From Clostridia bacterium (GTDB lineage: Bacteria; Bacillota; Clostridia; RUG12999), in the NCBI GenBank assembly GCA_045534775.1, contig JAZSKI010000017.1, forward strand, positions 1 to 52,105: DNA of 52,105 nt, written 5' to 3'. The position numbers were made by a program, and so were the translations under genes. This document shows, piece after piece, positions 37,618 to 50,536 of this stretch. How positions within the stretch are numbered: position 1 is the stretch's first letter; each line of letters starts with the position of its first letter. A model generated the notes under the pieces. It ran no database searches. It was not told where the DNA came from and saw nothing but the letters and a program-made list of their open reading frames with translations.

Positions 37618-37706
37618 ATATTATTTAGTTAACAAACGATAACCAATAAAGAGTTTATTTAAGTTAACAATTGATAACTAAATAATTACGAAAGGAAATA
37701 TGTACA

Positions 37707-40163
37707 ATGGATAACAGTAACGAAAAGGTTATACCGGTTGATATACAAAAGGAAATGAAAAAATCTTACATTGATTATGCAATGAGCGTTATTGTAGGTC
37801 GTGCATTACCGGATGTAAGAGACGGACTTAAGCCGGTACACAGAAGAATATTATATACTATGTATGAGGACGGATTTACTCCCGACAAACAGTACAGAAA
37901 ATGTGCAACTACAGTCGGTGACGTGCTTGGTAAGTACCATCCCCATGGAGATGCGTCTGTATATGATGCTCTTGTAAGACTTGCGCAGGATTTTTCTCTC
38001 AGATATACGTTAGTTGACGGTCACGGAAACTTCGGTTCTGTAGACGGTGACCCACCTGCCGCCTACCGTTATACTGAGGCAAGAATGTCTAAAATATCTA
38101 TGGAAATGTTGACCGATATAGATAAGGAAACAGTAAATTTTGTACCTAACTTTGATGAAACAACCAAAGAACCCTGGGTACTGCCTTCGAGATTTCCGAA
38201 TTTGTTGGTAAACGGCTCATCCGGTATAGCTGTAGGTATGGCTACAAATATACCTCCCCATAATCTATGCGAGGTTATTGACGGATGTATAGCAATGATT
38301 GATAATCCTGATATTGATATTGACGAGCTTATGGAATATATAAAAGGTCCTGATTTTCCGACAAAAGGTATTATTTACGGCTTATCAGGAATAAGAGCCG
38401 CATATAAAACCGGCAGAGGAAAGGTCATAATAAGAGCAAGGGCTGAAATAGAAGAACATAAAAACAAACAAGCTATTGTCGTAACGGAAATACCGTATCA
38501 GGTTAATAAAACACGTCTTATTGAGGCGATTGCAAACTTAGTGAAAAATAAGACAATAGAAGGAATAAGCGACTTAAACGACGAATCGGGCAAAGAAGGT
38601 ATGCGAATAGTAATTGAATTAAAACGCGAGGCAAATGCCAATGTAGTTTTAAATCAATTATATAAATTTACTCAGATGCAGGAAACCTTTGGTGTAATAA
38701 TGCTTGCCCTGCACGAGGATCAGCCTAAAGTACTTAATCTTCAGCAGATGATAAGATATTATCTGGACCACCAGGAAGATGTAATTATAAGAAGAACAAA
38801 ATATAATCTTAAAAAAGCAGAAGCGAGAGTTCATATACTTGAAGGTCTCAGAATAGCAATTTCAAATATAGATGCAGTTATTGAAACAATAAGAAGTGCC
38901 TATAATGATGCAAAACAAAAGCTTATGGACAGGTTTGAATTAAGTGAAATTCAGGCGCAGGCTATTCTTGATATGAGACTTGCAAGACTTCAGGGGCTTG
39001 AAAAGGAAAAGATAGACAATGAATATAATGAGCTTAATGAGAAAATAGCTTATTATAAGAATATTTTATCTGATTCTAATATTGTAAATGATATTATCAA
39101 GCAGGAGCTTACGGAAATTAAGGGAAAATACGGTGATGAGAGAAAGACTGAAATAACAACATCTGATTATGATATTGATATTGAAGATTTAATTCCTGTT
39201 GAAGATAATGTAATAAGTATGACTCACCTGGGATATATCAAACGCCAGCCCATTGACACTTATAAGAGTCAGAGAAGGGGAGGCAGAGGAATTAGCGGAA
39301 TGAGCTTCCGTGAAGAGGATTTTGCGGAAGGCATTATGGTTGCATCTTCTCACGATATATTGATGTTCTTTACAAATAAGGCGAGAATGCATAAGATAAA
39401 AGCGTATAAGATACCCGAAACAAGCAGGCAGGCTAAGGGAACGGCTATAGTAAATCTTCTGCAGCTTGAAGCTGATGAGAAGGTAACGGCTATTATCCCG
39501 GTTAAGGAATTTGAAGAAGATAAGTATCTTATAATGCTCACTAAGTACGGTATTATAAAGAAAACGGAGCTTATAAAGTATAACACAAAAATAAAAGGCG
39601 GTCTCATAGCCATTAAGCTTGACGAAGGAGATGAGCTTATTGAGGTTAAGCTGACGGACGGCACGAAAGAAATGATACTCGGCACCCATAAGGGTATGGC
39701 TATCAAATTTGATGAAAACGACGTCAGAACAGTAGGCAGAGATGCAAGAGGCGTTAAAGCTCTTAAACTTAAGTCAGGCGATTATGTAGTGGGAATGGAA
39801 ATAGCTGACGAAGGAAAATATTTGCTTTCAGTATCTGAAAACGGCTATGGAAAACGCACAGAGGTCAGCGAATATAATATTCAGGCAAGAGGCGGCCTTG
39901 GTGTTAAAAATTACGCAATAACAGAGAAAACAGGTAATATAATAGGTATGAAGGCTGTAAACGACGAAGATATAATTATAATGACATCAGGTGGTGTAGT
40001 TATAAGAATAGACTCAGAAGAAATCAGGGTTTGCGGCAGGGTTTCTCAGGGTGTTAAGCTTATAAGAACGGATGAGGAAAATCGCGTTAAGTTTATCGCC
40101 AAGATAGATAAGGAAGAAGAAGCCGAAGAAGAAACTACGGCGGAGACAGAAACAAAAGAATAG
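37707..40163 (+). CDS. gyrA: DNA gyrase subunit A
   Basis: [33 protein letters not shown] and [10 protein letters not shown] (catalytic Tyr), plus beta-pinwheel C-terminal repeats. Confidence 0.97.
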   Translation: MDNSNEKVIPVDIQKEMKKSYIDYAMSVIVGRALPDVRDGLKPVHRRILYTMYEDGFTPDKQYRKCATTVGDVLGKYHPHGDASVYDALVRLAQDFSLRYTLVDGHGNFGSVDGDPPAAYRYTEARMSKISMEMLTDIDKETVNFVPNFDETTKEPWVLPSRFPNLLVNGSSGIAVGMATNIPPHNLCEVIDGCIAMIDNPDIDIDELMEYIKGPDFPTKGIIYGLSGIRAAYKTGRGKVIIRARAEIEEHKNKQAIVVTEIPYQVNKTRLIEAIANLVKNKTIEGISDLNDESGKEGMRIVIELKREANANVVLNQLYKFTQMQETFGVIMLALHEDQPKVLNLQQMIRYYLDHQEDVIIRRTKYNLKKAEARVHILEGLRIAISNIDAVIETIRSAYNDAKQKLMDRFELSEIQAQAILDMRLARLQGLEKEKIDNEYNELNEKIAYYKNILSDSNIVNDIIKQELTEIKGKYGDERKTEITTSDYDIDIEDLIPVEDNVISMTHLGYIKRQPIDTYKSQRRGGRGISGMSFREEDFAEGIMVASSHDILMFFTNKARMHKIKAYKIPETSRQAKGTAIVNLLQLEADEKVTAIIPVKEFEEDKYLIMLTKYGIIKKTELIKYNTKIKGGLIAIKLDEGDELIEVKLTDGTKEMILGTHKGMAIKFDENDVRTVGRDARGVKALKLKSGDYVVGMEIADEGKYLLSVSENGYGKRTEVSEYNIQARGGLGVKNYAITEKTGNIIGMKAVNDEDIIIMTSGGVVIRIDSEEIRVCGRVSQGVKLIRTDEENRVKFIAKIDKEEEAEEETTAETETKE

Positions 40164-40170
40164 GTTATTT

Positions 40171-40197
40171 AATCGGAGATGCGAGGCATCTCCGATT
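40171..40197 (+). terminator. 12-bp perfect hairpin after gyrA (terminator candidate, weak U-tract)
   Basis: aatcggagatgc-gag-gcatctccgatt. Confidence 0.5.
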
Positions 40198-40199
40198 AA

Positions 40200-40215
40200 T
40201 GTTTCACGTGAAACA
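40200..40215. promoter_or_regulatory. parS: parS centromere-like site, perfect 16-bp consensus palindrome
   Basis: TGTTTCACGTGAAACA read directly, about 95 bp upstream of soj. Confidence 0.9.
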
Positions 40216-40240
40216 TTTTAAAAAAATCCATAAAAAACTA

Positions 40241-40269
40241 TTGAAATGTGCTTAAAAAAATGTTATAAT
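40241..40269 (+). promoter_or_regulatory. Sigma-A-type promoter of soj-spo0J (TTGAAA-17-TGtTATAAT)
   Basis: TTGAAA 40241..40246, TATAAT 40264..40269, extended -10 TG. Confidence 0.65.
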
Positions 40270-40308
40270 AGTAATATGTTCAGATAAAATTTTTAAGGAG
40301 AAAAAGCT

Positions 40309-41069
40309 ATGAAAATAATATCAATAGCAAATCAAAAGGGTGGAGTAGGAAAAACAACCACTGCCATAAATTTATCTGCTGCTATTGCAGAGCTCGGAAA
40401 AAAAGTATTACTTATAGATGTTGACCCGCAAGGTAATGCAACAAGTGGACTCGGTCTTGAGATTGAGAGTGATGATTATACAATTTATGATGTTTTGATT
40501 AATGACCTTCCTCTTGAGGATGCAGTTGTAAAAACAGATTTTAATAATTTGTGGATATGTCCGTCAACAGAATCTCTTGCAGGTGCTGAAATTGAGCTTG
40601 TATCGGAGGAGGAAAGGGAGTTTAAGCTTAAAAAAGCAATAGCCTCTCTTGATATGGACTTTGATTATATTTTCTTAGATTGTCCGCCGTCCTTCGGGCT
40701 GGTTACTTTAAATTGTCTCACAGCTACCGATACTGTTTTAATTCCTATTCAGTGTGAATACTATGCCTTAGAGGGAGTAAGCCTTTTAACAAGTAATATA
40801 AGAAGGGTAAAGTCTTCCTTTAATCCTAAAATAGATATTGAAGGCGTGCTTCTGACAATGCTTGATGCCCGAACAAATTTGGGGGTTCAGGTGGTTGAAG
40901 AGGTGAAAAAATATTTTCCGGGGAAGGTTTATGCCAGCATAATTCCGAGAAATGTAAGACTTAGTGAAGCACCCAGCTATGGACAACCTATAAATATATA
41001 CGACCCGTCCTCAAAGGGAGCTGAGGCATATATGGCACTCGGCGAGGAAGTATTAATGCTTAATGAGAG

Positions 41070-41073
<4 letters not shown>
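40309..41073 (+). CDS. soj: ParA-family chromosome partitioning ATPase Soj
   Basis: [17 protein letters not shown] deviant Walker A. 254 aa. Confidence 0.95.
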
Positions 41074-43222
<2,149 letters not shown>

Positions 43223-43287
43223 ATATTTTATGCCAATTAATAAACGGCAAATATGATTTTAAAGAATTGTGGTTAAGAGGGATAAAA

Positions 43288-43743
43288 ATGAAAAAAGTAT
43301 TAACATTAGCACTTGCACTTATTATGACAATTTCACTTGTTTCCTGCGGAAACAGTACAGCTGTGCATGATGAACCCGATAAAGCAGCAGATGCTACAAG
43401 CTCAGAGACACCTGCCTTTGATACAAGTTGGGCAAGCAATGACTTTGAAGCAATGATTCCGGAGCTTCCTTTTAAGGGCTGGAATGCCGGCGAAGAAACG
43501 GACTCAAGCTATGAATTGGAGCTGGAAGACTTAAAGACAGCAAACGGTGCGGATACTGCCTCCGGTTTTGAAGAAGATAAAGACAAGCTTATTACCTACA
43601 TTAATTCTCTGACTGAATATGGTTTTTCTGTAGAAGAAACAGGGGAAAATTATAAGTGGCTTGTGACAACTAAAGAAGGTAATACTGTTGAATTTATGTG
43701 TGCTGACGGATTTTGCCGGATAACATTCACTAAGGCAAGCTGA
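43288..43743 (+). CDS. Small secreted lipoprotein, function unknown
   Basis: MKKVLTLALALIMTISLVSCGNS signal peptide with lipobox (LVSC). RBS AAGAGGG. Confidence 0.75.
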   Translation: MKKVLTLALALIMTISLVSCGNSTAVHDEPDKAADATSSETPAFDTSWASNDFEAMIPELPFKGWNAGEETDSSYELELEDLKTANGADTASGFEEDKDKLITYINSLTEYGFSVEETGENYKWLVTTKEGNTVEFMCADGFCRITFTKAS

Positions 43744-43803
43744 CGGCATATACAGACAGTCTGTTTTGAGGTTGTGTGAACCCTATTTTACAGAATTATA
43801 CTA

Positions 43804-43876
43804 TGAGGGGGTGAGGTAATTTGTGCCTTGCCCCTCAGTTAGGTTGTTTATAACAGGTAATTTGTGCCTGTTATAA
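43804..43876 (+). promoter_or_regulatory. Twin hairpins sharing the 15-nt core AGGTAATTTGTGCCT, upstream of polC
   Basis: Hairpin 1: tgagggg 43804..43810 / cccctca 43831..43837. Hairpin 2: ttataacagg 43848..43857 / cctgttataa 43867..43876. Core copies at 43814..43828 and 43855..43869. Confidence 0.6.
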
Positions 43877-43898
43877 CAGCCGGCATATTAACATAACT

Positions 43899-46800
43899 AT
43901 GCAAAGGAAGATGGAAATGCCGTCAATAACTGAGATTACGGGGGATATTCTTATAAACAATGCCGATAAAATTGAAATAATTGAAATGGCTGTTTATCAG
44001 AAAGACAAAAAAATAATTTTAAAAATAAAACCTGACAGATTTTTATGTCTGGATGAAATTAATATAATAAAAGGCAGTCTGAATAAAAAATTCAAAGGGT
44101 TTAAAACGGAGATTTCCTGCGATTATAAGGACCTTGATTTAAAAGGCTCGGTTTTGCCTGTTTACAGCGAATATGTTTTAGACAAAATCTACAGGGGAAA
44201 TCTTATAACCAAATGTGCTTTATTTAATTCGGTATGGCGAATATCGGATGATGAGCTTATAATTCAGATTAAATTTGAAGGTATGCACCTCATAAACGAA
44301 GGTACGGCAAAAAAGATTTCTGCTGTTATATTTGAGGAAACAGGCAGAAAATATAACGTATTTTTTACCGACGGATTAAATGAACAGGAAATAAAAAATA
44401 TAATATCCAAGAGAGCAGAGGTTGTTGAAAAAAATGTACCTACGGAAATTATAGTTAAAAAACCCACAGAGACGGTGCCTATGCCCATACCCGAAAATTT
44501 GCCTATTTCTATGGAAGAAACGGAACATATTGCAACCATAAGGGGGAAGAAAATCACAGAAAAACCGATAGCGATAGCTAAAATCACAGGCGAAATGAAT
44601 GCGGTAACTGTTCAGGGCGATGTTTTAAATATTGAAACCCGAGAGCTTAAATCGGGCAGAGTTTTAGTAAGCCTTGCCATAACGGATTATACAAGCTCAA
44701 TTAAGGTGAAGCTTTTTGAAGGAGCGAAAAACGAAGCGGAAGAAGAGAAAAAGGAACGTGCAAAAGCGAAGCTTGATAAAATTCTTGCAAGAATAAAAAA
44801 AGATGTCAGAATTATATTAAGCGGAAGAGTCCAATTTGATGATTTTGATAAAGAGCTGGTTATTATGGGAACTAACATTAACCGAATTGAAAAAGAAGAA
44901 AGAATGGATAACGCCGAAGTTAAACGTGTTGAGCTTCATATGCACACTCAAATGTCTGCTATGGATGGGCTTGCCTCCGCCAAGGCATTGATTTTACGTG
45001 CCGTAAAATGGGGGCACAAAGCTATTGCAGTTACGGACCATGGCGTAGTTCAGGCATTCCCGGAAGCCTTTGATGTTGCGAGGAAAAACAATATCAAGGT
45101 GCTGTATGGTGTAGAAGGCTACCTGCGCCGCGAATCTGTTAACATAGTTTATAATGCAAAGGACGACAGTACGATAAATTCTTCTTTTGTGGTATTTGAT
45201 ATAGAAACAACGGGCTTTAGTCCCGTAAACGACAGTATAATAGAAGTAGGGGCGGTTAAGATTGCAGGAGGTGAAATAATCAACCGTTACAGTAGCTTTG
45301 TAAATCCTCACAGGAGCATACCTGAAAATATTACAGAGCTTACTAGTATAACCAATGAAATGGTAGCAGACGCACCGGATATAAAACAGGTTATGGAAGA
45401 ATTTAACGAGTTTTCAAAGGACTGTATTTTAGTGGCACATAACGCAAATTTTGATGTAGGCTTTATGCGTGCCAATGCATCGGCTTTGGGAATTGGGTTT
45501 GATTACTGTTACCTTGACACCTTAGAGCTGTGCCGTGCTATGTTTCCTGACCAGAAACGTCACGGACTTGCGGCTATGGTTAAGCTTCTCAACATAAATC
45601 TCGCTAATCACCACCGTGCGGTGGATGATGCGGAGGCTACCGCTGAGGTGCTGAAATATTGTTTTGGTATGTTAAAGGAAATGAATATTACAGAAATTGA
45701 CGATTTAAATATAATGCTCAGCCCGGATAACGAGAAAAAGATGAAAAATTATCACGTTATCATTATTGCGAAGAATAAAAAAGGGTTGGAGAATTTATAT
45801 CATATAATTTCCGAATCTCATTTAAATCATTTTTATAAACGCCCCATAATGCCAAGAAGCCTTATAAATAAATATCGCGAAGGGCTTATTATAGGCTCGG
45901 CGTGCGAAGGGGGAGAGCTGTACCAGGCGATACTTAACGGGAAGAAAGAGAAGGATCTTGAAAATATTATAGAATTCTATGATTATCTCGAAATTCAACC
46001 TGACGGCAATAATGAATTTATGGTAAGAAACGGCAGAGTTGACGGAGTAAAGGCACTGCAGGCAATTAACAAACGTATAATAGAGCTGGGCAAAAAGGCG
46101 GATAAGCTGACGGTTGCCACCTGTGACGTTCATTTTCTTGAACCCCATGATGAGGTGTTCAGAAGAATTTTAATGGACTCTCAGGGCTTTGAGGATGCTG
46201 ACAATCAGGCTCCGCTGTATTTGAGAACTACCGAAGAAATGCTGGAGGAGTTTAAATATCTGGGCAAAGAGCTTGCATACGAGGTGGTAGTCAAAAACAC
46301 CAATAAAATCGCAGATATGGTAGAAGAAATTATGCTTCTGCCGGATGAACCCCATACGCCTACTATGGACGGCGCGGAGGAAGATATAGTAAATATTTCT
46401 ATGGCAAAGGCTCATAAAATTTACGGTGACGACCTTCCCGAAATAGTGCAGGCGAGAATTGACAGAGAGCTTGGCTCAATTATAAAACACGGATTTTCGG
46501 TGCTTTATATAATTGCTCAGAAATTGGTTTGGAAATCCCTGGAGGACGGGTATCTGGTAGGCTCAAGAGGTTCGGTAGGCTCATCTTTTATAGCGTTTTT
46601 GCTTGATATTACAGAAGTTAATGCTCTGCAACCCCATTATGTTTGCCCTAACTGTAAGCACAGCGAATTTATAACCGACGGTTCGGTGGGTATGGGAATG
46701 GATATGGAAGACAAAAACTGTCCGGTGTGCGGCACGCTTTACAATAAAGACGGTCACGATATTCCCTTTGAAACCTTCCTGGGCTTTGACGGCGATAAGG

Positions 46801-48218
46801 AGCCTGATATTGACCTTAACTTTTCGGGCGAATACCAGCCTAATGCTCATAAATATACCGAAGTGCTGTTCGGCGAAGGCTATACCTTCCGCGCAGGAAC
46901 GATAGGTACGATAGCGGAAAAAACAGCCTACGGGTTTGTGAAAAAATATATGGACAAACGGGGGCTTAACCCTTCGGCAGCGGAAATAGACCGACTTGTG
47001 CAGGGCTGTACGGGCGTAAAACGCACAACGGGCCAGCATCCCGGTGGTATTATGGTTGTGCCGAGAAACGAAGATATACATTGGTTTTGTCCTGTTCAGC
47101 ATCCCGCTGATGATACGGAAAGTGATATTATAACCACTCATTTTGACTATCATTCAATTTCAGGACGATTACTTAAGCTTGATATATTAGGTCATGATGA
47201 CCCGACCGTTATCAGGATGCTGGAGGATTTGACGGGTCTTAACGCCAGAACAATTAAAATAGGCGAAGAAAAAACCATGAGCTTGTTTACTTCTACGGAA
47301 GCCCTTGGAGTAACGCCCGAAGAAATAGGCACCACCGTAGGCACTTACGGAATACCTGAATTTGGTACGCCATTTGTAAGAAAAATGCTGGTAGATACCA
47401 AGCCTACGACCTTTGCGGAGCTGGTACGAATTTCGGGACTTTCCCACGGTACGGACGTTTGGCTTAATAATGCACAGGATTTGGTTCAGGCGGGGACGGT
47501 CACTCTGAAAGAAGCAATCTGTACCCGTGATGATATTATGACTTATTTAATCTATCATGGTTTGCCTAAAAAAGATTCCTTTAAAATTATGGAAAGCGTG
47601 CGTAAGGGCAAGGGGCTTTCACCTGAATATGAGGCACTGATGCGAGAAAATAATATCGAAGAATGGTATATAGATTCTTGTAAAAAGATAAAATATATGT
47701 TCCCGAAGGCTCACGCCTCCGCCTATGTAATGATGGCGTTCAGAATAGCGTATTTTAAGGTTTATTACCCAAAAGAATTTTATTCCGCATATTTTACGGT
47801 CCGGGCAGATGAATTTGACGTGAGTCTTATGTTAGGCAGGGAAAATGTTAAAAAGAATATGAAAGAATTTTCAGAAATGGAAAATCCGACAGCAAAAGAG
47901 AAAAATGTGCTGACGATTCTCGAAATGTGTAACGAAATGTATGCCCGCGGGCTGGAGTTTTTACCTATAGATATTTATGAATCTGATGCAAAAAAATTTG
48001 TTCCCAAGGAAAAGGGTATACTTATACCGCTTAACGCATTGCCGGGTCTTGGCGGCTCGGCGGCAGACAGCGTGGTTGAAGCAAGGAAAGACGGCGAATA
48101 TTTTAGCATAGAGGATTTCAGGGAAAGAACAAAGGTATCGAAAACCGTAATAGAGCTTCTGAAAGAATTTCATTGCTTAGACGGAATCCCCGAAACAGAC
48201 CAGGTAACGTTTTTCTGA
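43899..48218 (+). CDS. polC: DNA polymerase III alpha subunit, PolC type
   Basis: 1439 aa. PHP (HMHTQMS), inserted DEDDh exonuclease (FVVFDIETTG) and polymerase core. An alternative start at ATG 43917 has better spacing to AGGAAG. Confidence 0.97.
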   Translation: MQRKMEMPSITEITGDILINNADKIEIIEMAVYQKDKKIILKIKPDRFLCLDEINIIKGSLNKKFKGFKTEISCDYKDLDLKGSVLPVYSEYVLDKIYRGNLITKCALFNSVWRISDDELIIQIKFEGMHLINEGTAKKISAVIFEETGRKYNVFFTDGLNEQEIKNIISKRAEVVEKNVPTEIIVKKPTETVPMPIPENLPISMEETEHIATIRGKKITEKPIAIAKITGEMNAVTVQGDVLNIETRELKSGRVLVSLAITDYTSSIKVKLFEGAKNEAEEEKKERAKAKLDKILARIKKDVRIILSGRVQFDDFDKELVIMGTNINRIEKEERMDNAEVKRVELHMHTQMSAMDGLASAKALILRAVKWGHKAIAVTDHGVVQAFPEAFDVARKNNIKVLYGVEGYLRRESVNIVYNAKDDSTINSSFVVFDIETTGFSPVNDSIIEVGAVKIAGGEIINRYSSFVNPHRSIPENITELTSITNEMVADAPDIKQVMEEFNEFSKDCILVAHNANFDVGFMRANASALGIGFDYCYLDTLELCRAMFPDQKRHGLAAMVKLLNINLANHHRAVDDAEATAEVLKYCFGMLKEMNITEIDDLNIMLSPDNEKKMKNYHVIIIAKNKKGLENLYHIISESHLNHFYKRPIMPRSLINKYREGLIIGSACEGGELYQAILNGKKEKDLENIIEFYDYLEIQPDGNNEFMVRNGRVDGVKALQAINKRIIELGKKADKLTVATCDVHFLEPHDEVFRRILMDSQGFEDADNQAPLYLRTTEEMLEEFKYLGKELAYEVVVKNTNKIADMVEEIMLLPDEPHTPTMDGAEEDIVNISMAKAHKIYGDDLPEIVQARIDRELGSIIKHGFSVLYIIAQKLVWKSLEDGYLVGSRGSVGSSFIAFLLDITEVNALQPHYVCPNCKHSEFITDGSVGMGMDMEDKNCPVCGTLYNKDGHDIPFETFLGFDGDKEPDIDLNFSGEYQPNAHKYTEVLFGEGYTFRAGTIGTIAEKTAYGFVKKYMDKRGLNPSAAEIDRLVQGCTGVKRTTGQHPGGIMVVPRNEDIHWFCPVQHPADDTESDIITTHFDYHSISGRLLKLDILGHDDPTVIRMLEDLTGLNARTIKIGEEKTMSLFTSTEALGVTPEEIGTTVGTYGIPEFGTPFVRKMLVDTKPTTFAELVRISGLSHGTDVWLNNAQDLVQAGTVTLKEAICTRDDIMTYLIYHGLPKKDSFKIMESVRKGKGLSPEYEALMRENNIEEWYIDSCKKIKYMFPKAHASAYVMMAFRIAYFKVYYPKEFYSAYFTVRADEFDVSLMLGRENVKKNMKEFSEMENPTAKEKNVLTILEMCNEMYARGLEFLPIDIYESDAKKFVPKEKGILIPLNALPGLGGSAADSVVEARKDGEYFSIEDFRERTKVSKTVIELLKEFHCLDGIPETDQVTFF

Positions 48219-48232
48219 TAAAACAAAAAAAT

Positions 48233-48288
48233 AACCTCTGATAAGAACGGCTGTAAAAAGAGACTTTTCAGAGGTTGTTTTATTTTTT
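48233..48288. terminator. Bidirectional terminator between polC and the convergent activase gene
   Basis: aacctctga 48233..48241 / tcagaggtt 48268..48276, then gttttatttttt. An A-run precedes the stem. Confidence 0.7.
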
Positions 48289-48298
48289 AATACAATAA

Positions 48299-49198
48299 TT
48301 ACATAATCCGCACAATCATATCGGGAGAAACCTTCAGAATATGTAAGTATTTTTCAATTTCAGCTTTATCGGCAAATTGAGAATTTTGATATTTTTGAGG
48401 TTTTTCAATTTTTTCGGCTTTTGAAATTCCAAGAGGGTGATATGGTTCAATATCAACCTGTTTAATTCTGTTTAACCGCTGAAGAAGCTCCCTCAAAGCA
48501 TAAAAATGGTTTTCATCAAGATTGATTTGAGGAATTATCGGACATCTTAAAATTATTTCAGACCCTCTGTCGTGGAGAAACTGCAAATTATTCAGAATAA
48601 CACCGTTTTCGGCGCCTACATACCGTAAATGCTTTTCATTATCAAGACATTTAATATCAAACAAAAATACATCTGTATATTTTGCCAGCTCTGCCAGCTT
48701 GTCTCTGCTTCCAAAGCCGGAGGTTTCTATACATACATGAATATTTGAATTTTTAGCCTTTTTAGCTAAAGCTATAGCAAAATCCGCCTGAAACAGGGGC
48801 TCGCCACCGGAAATTGTCATCCCACCGCCGGAATTTTCAAAAAATGCACTGTCGCGAAGCACCTCTTCAATAATTTCATCGGAGCTTCTGACCTTGCCGC
48901 ACAGCTCAAGCGCTTTGGAATAACAGCCTTTGGCACATTCACCGCAGTGGGTACAAAGGGCGCGATTATACTTATGGAGATCTTCTGTGCTGTGCAAGGA
49001 AAGGGGACAGGCAGATACGCAATATCCGCAGTTGATACATTTTTCTGCATCAAAACAAATTTCAGGGTCGGGATTTTTAGATTCGGGATTATGGCACCAG
49101 GCACAGTCTAAAGGGCACCCCTTTAAAAAAACCGTAGTGCGTATCCCGGGACCGTCCTGGGTACAAAATCTTTGTATATTAAAAACAGTTCCTTCCAT
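48299..49198 (-). CDS. Glycyl-radical-enzyme activating protein (radical SAM, with ferredoxin-like insert)
   Basis: [31 protein letters not shown] (CX3CX2C) plus two CxxCxxCxxxC clusters. 299 aa. Confidence 0.88.
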   Translation of the reverse strand: MEGTVFNIQRFCTQDGPGIRTTVFLKGCPLDCAWCHNPESKNPDPEICFDAEKCINCGYCVSACPLSLHSTEDLHKYNRALCTHCGECAKGCYSKALELCGKVRSSDEIIEEVLRDSAFFENSGGGMTISGGEPLFQADFAIALAKKAKNSNIHVCIETSGFGSRDKLAELAKYTDVFLFDIKCLDNEKHLRYVGAENGVILNNLQFLHDRGSEIILRCPIIPQINLDENHFYALRELLQRLNRIKQVDIEPYHPLGISKAEKIEKPQKYQNSQFADKAEIEKYLHILKVSPDMIVRIM

Positions 49199-49217
49199 AA
49201 CGAATCACCTCGCAGCT

Positions 49218-50480
49218 TTATTTTATATTTTTTAAGGATTTCAGATATGCATCAATAGCCGCTTCAAATTTATTGTCACCGGGATTATAGTAAACAGAAT
49301 TCACAATGTTATCGGGCAAATATTGCTGGTTAACATAATTTCCCGGATAGCTGTGAGGATATTTATATCCTTCAGAATGACCGAGTTTTTTCGCACCTGC
49401 GTAATGACCATCCTTTAAATGTGACGGTATGTCACCGGTATTTTTAGATGAAAGCTCGCTGAGGGCAGCATCTATTGCACAGATTACAGAATTGGATTTT
49501 GGCGAGGTGGCAAGCAATATTACCGCCTGTGCCAACGGTATGCGTGCTTCGGGAAAGCCGAGCTGCAGTGCACTGTCGACACATGATTTTACTATGGAAG
49601 CGGCGGTAGGATAGGCAAGACCTATATCCTCCGATGCTATAACAATGAGGCGGCGGCAAATCGAAAGCAAATCACCGCCGGCAATAAGCCGCGCGAGATA
49701 GTGGAGAGATGCGTTTACATCACTGCCGCGAATGGATTTCTGAAAAGCACTTAAAATATCATAATGGCTGTCGCCGTCGCGGTCATAGCGTACGGCGGGA
49801 CGGCTTGTAACCTCGGTTACAAGTTCTAAGGTGATTACATCAGAATTACTCTGAACCAAGGTCATAAAACATACTTCAAGGATATTCAGGGCTTTTCGTA
49901 CATCACCAAAGGCTATATTTGAAATTTGTGCAACAGCATTATCGTCGATGGATATTTCAGCAGAAAAATCCTTTTTTAACACTTCAAGACCTCTTAAAAC
50001 GGCAGGTTCAATATCCTCGGCGGCTACAGGTTTGAATTCAAAAACACTGCTTCGACTGAGAATAGCATTATAAACATAAAAATAGGGATTTTCCGTAGTG
50101 GAGGCGATAAGGGTTATACTGCCGTTTTCTATATATTCCAGCAAGGCTTGTTGCTGTTTTTTATTAAAATTTTGAATTTCATCAAGATAAAGGACAACAC
50201 CTTTGAGTCCGTCAAAGCTGTTTAAATCTTTAGCAATAGCTTTTATATCACTTACCGAACCTGTGGTTGCGTTTATGTAATACAGTTTTTTATCGGCGCG
50301 GGCGGCGGCAATTCGTGCAACGGTTGTTTTGCCTGTTCCCGAAGGCCCGTAAAATATCATATTCGGCAAGGTGTTCCCTTCAATTAATCGGCGAAGCACC
50401 TTTCCCTCGGATATTAAATGCTGCTGTCCTACTACTTCATCAAGGGATGAAGGACGTATTCGGTCTGCAAGGGGTTGCAT
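49218..50480 (-). CDS. rarA: Replication-associated recombination protein A (AAA+ ATPase RarA/MgsA)
   Basis: PLADRIRP..LDEVVGQ.HL, GPSGTGKTT and YLDEIQ.FNK. ATG 50480 follows GGGAG. Confidence 0.92.
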   Translation of the reverse strand: MQPLADRIRPSSLDEVVGQQHLISEGKVLRRLIEGNTLPNMIFYGPSGTGKTTVARIAAARADKKLYYINATTGSVSDIKAIAKDLNSFDGLKGVVLYLDEIQNFNKKQQQALLEYIENGSITLIASTTENPYFYVYNAILSRSSVFEFKPVAAEDIEPAVLRGLEVLKKDFSAEISIDDNAVAQISNIAFGDVRKALNILEVCFMTLVQSNSDVITLELVTEVTSRPAVRYDRDGDSHYDILSAFQKSIRGSDVNASLHYLARLIAGGDLLSICRRLIVIASEDIGLAYPTAASIVKSCVDSALQLGFPEARIPLAQAVILLATSPKSNSVICAIDAALSELSSKNTGDIPSHLKDGHYAGAKKLGHSEGYKYPHSYPGNYVNQQYLPDNIVNSVYYNPGDNKFEAAIDAYLKSLKNIK

Positions 50481-50502
50481 AACACCCGCTCCCTTCAATA
50501 AG

Positions 50503-50524
50503 AGGTGCATCTGCCGATGCACCT
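50503..50524 (-). terminator. Hairpin between glyA and rarA (weak terminator or processing site)
   Basis: aggtgcatc-tgcc-gatgcacct. Poor U-tract on the minus strand. Confidence 0.35.
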
Positions 50525-50536
50525 TTTAAAATCTGA

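Noticed and set aside
46581-47153. 190-aa minus-strand ORF, and other antisense ORFs, inside polC, gyrA, the SLH gene and the EPS genes (for example 39189..39689, 1988..2380, 22475..22879)
   Set aside because: All are fully embedded antisense to genes with unmistakable family signatures. None has an RBS or a recognisable motif.
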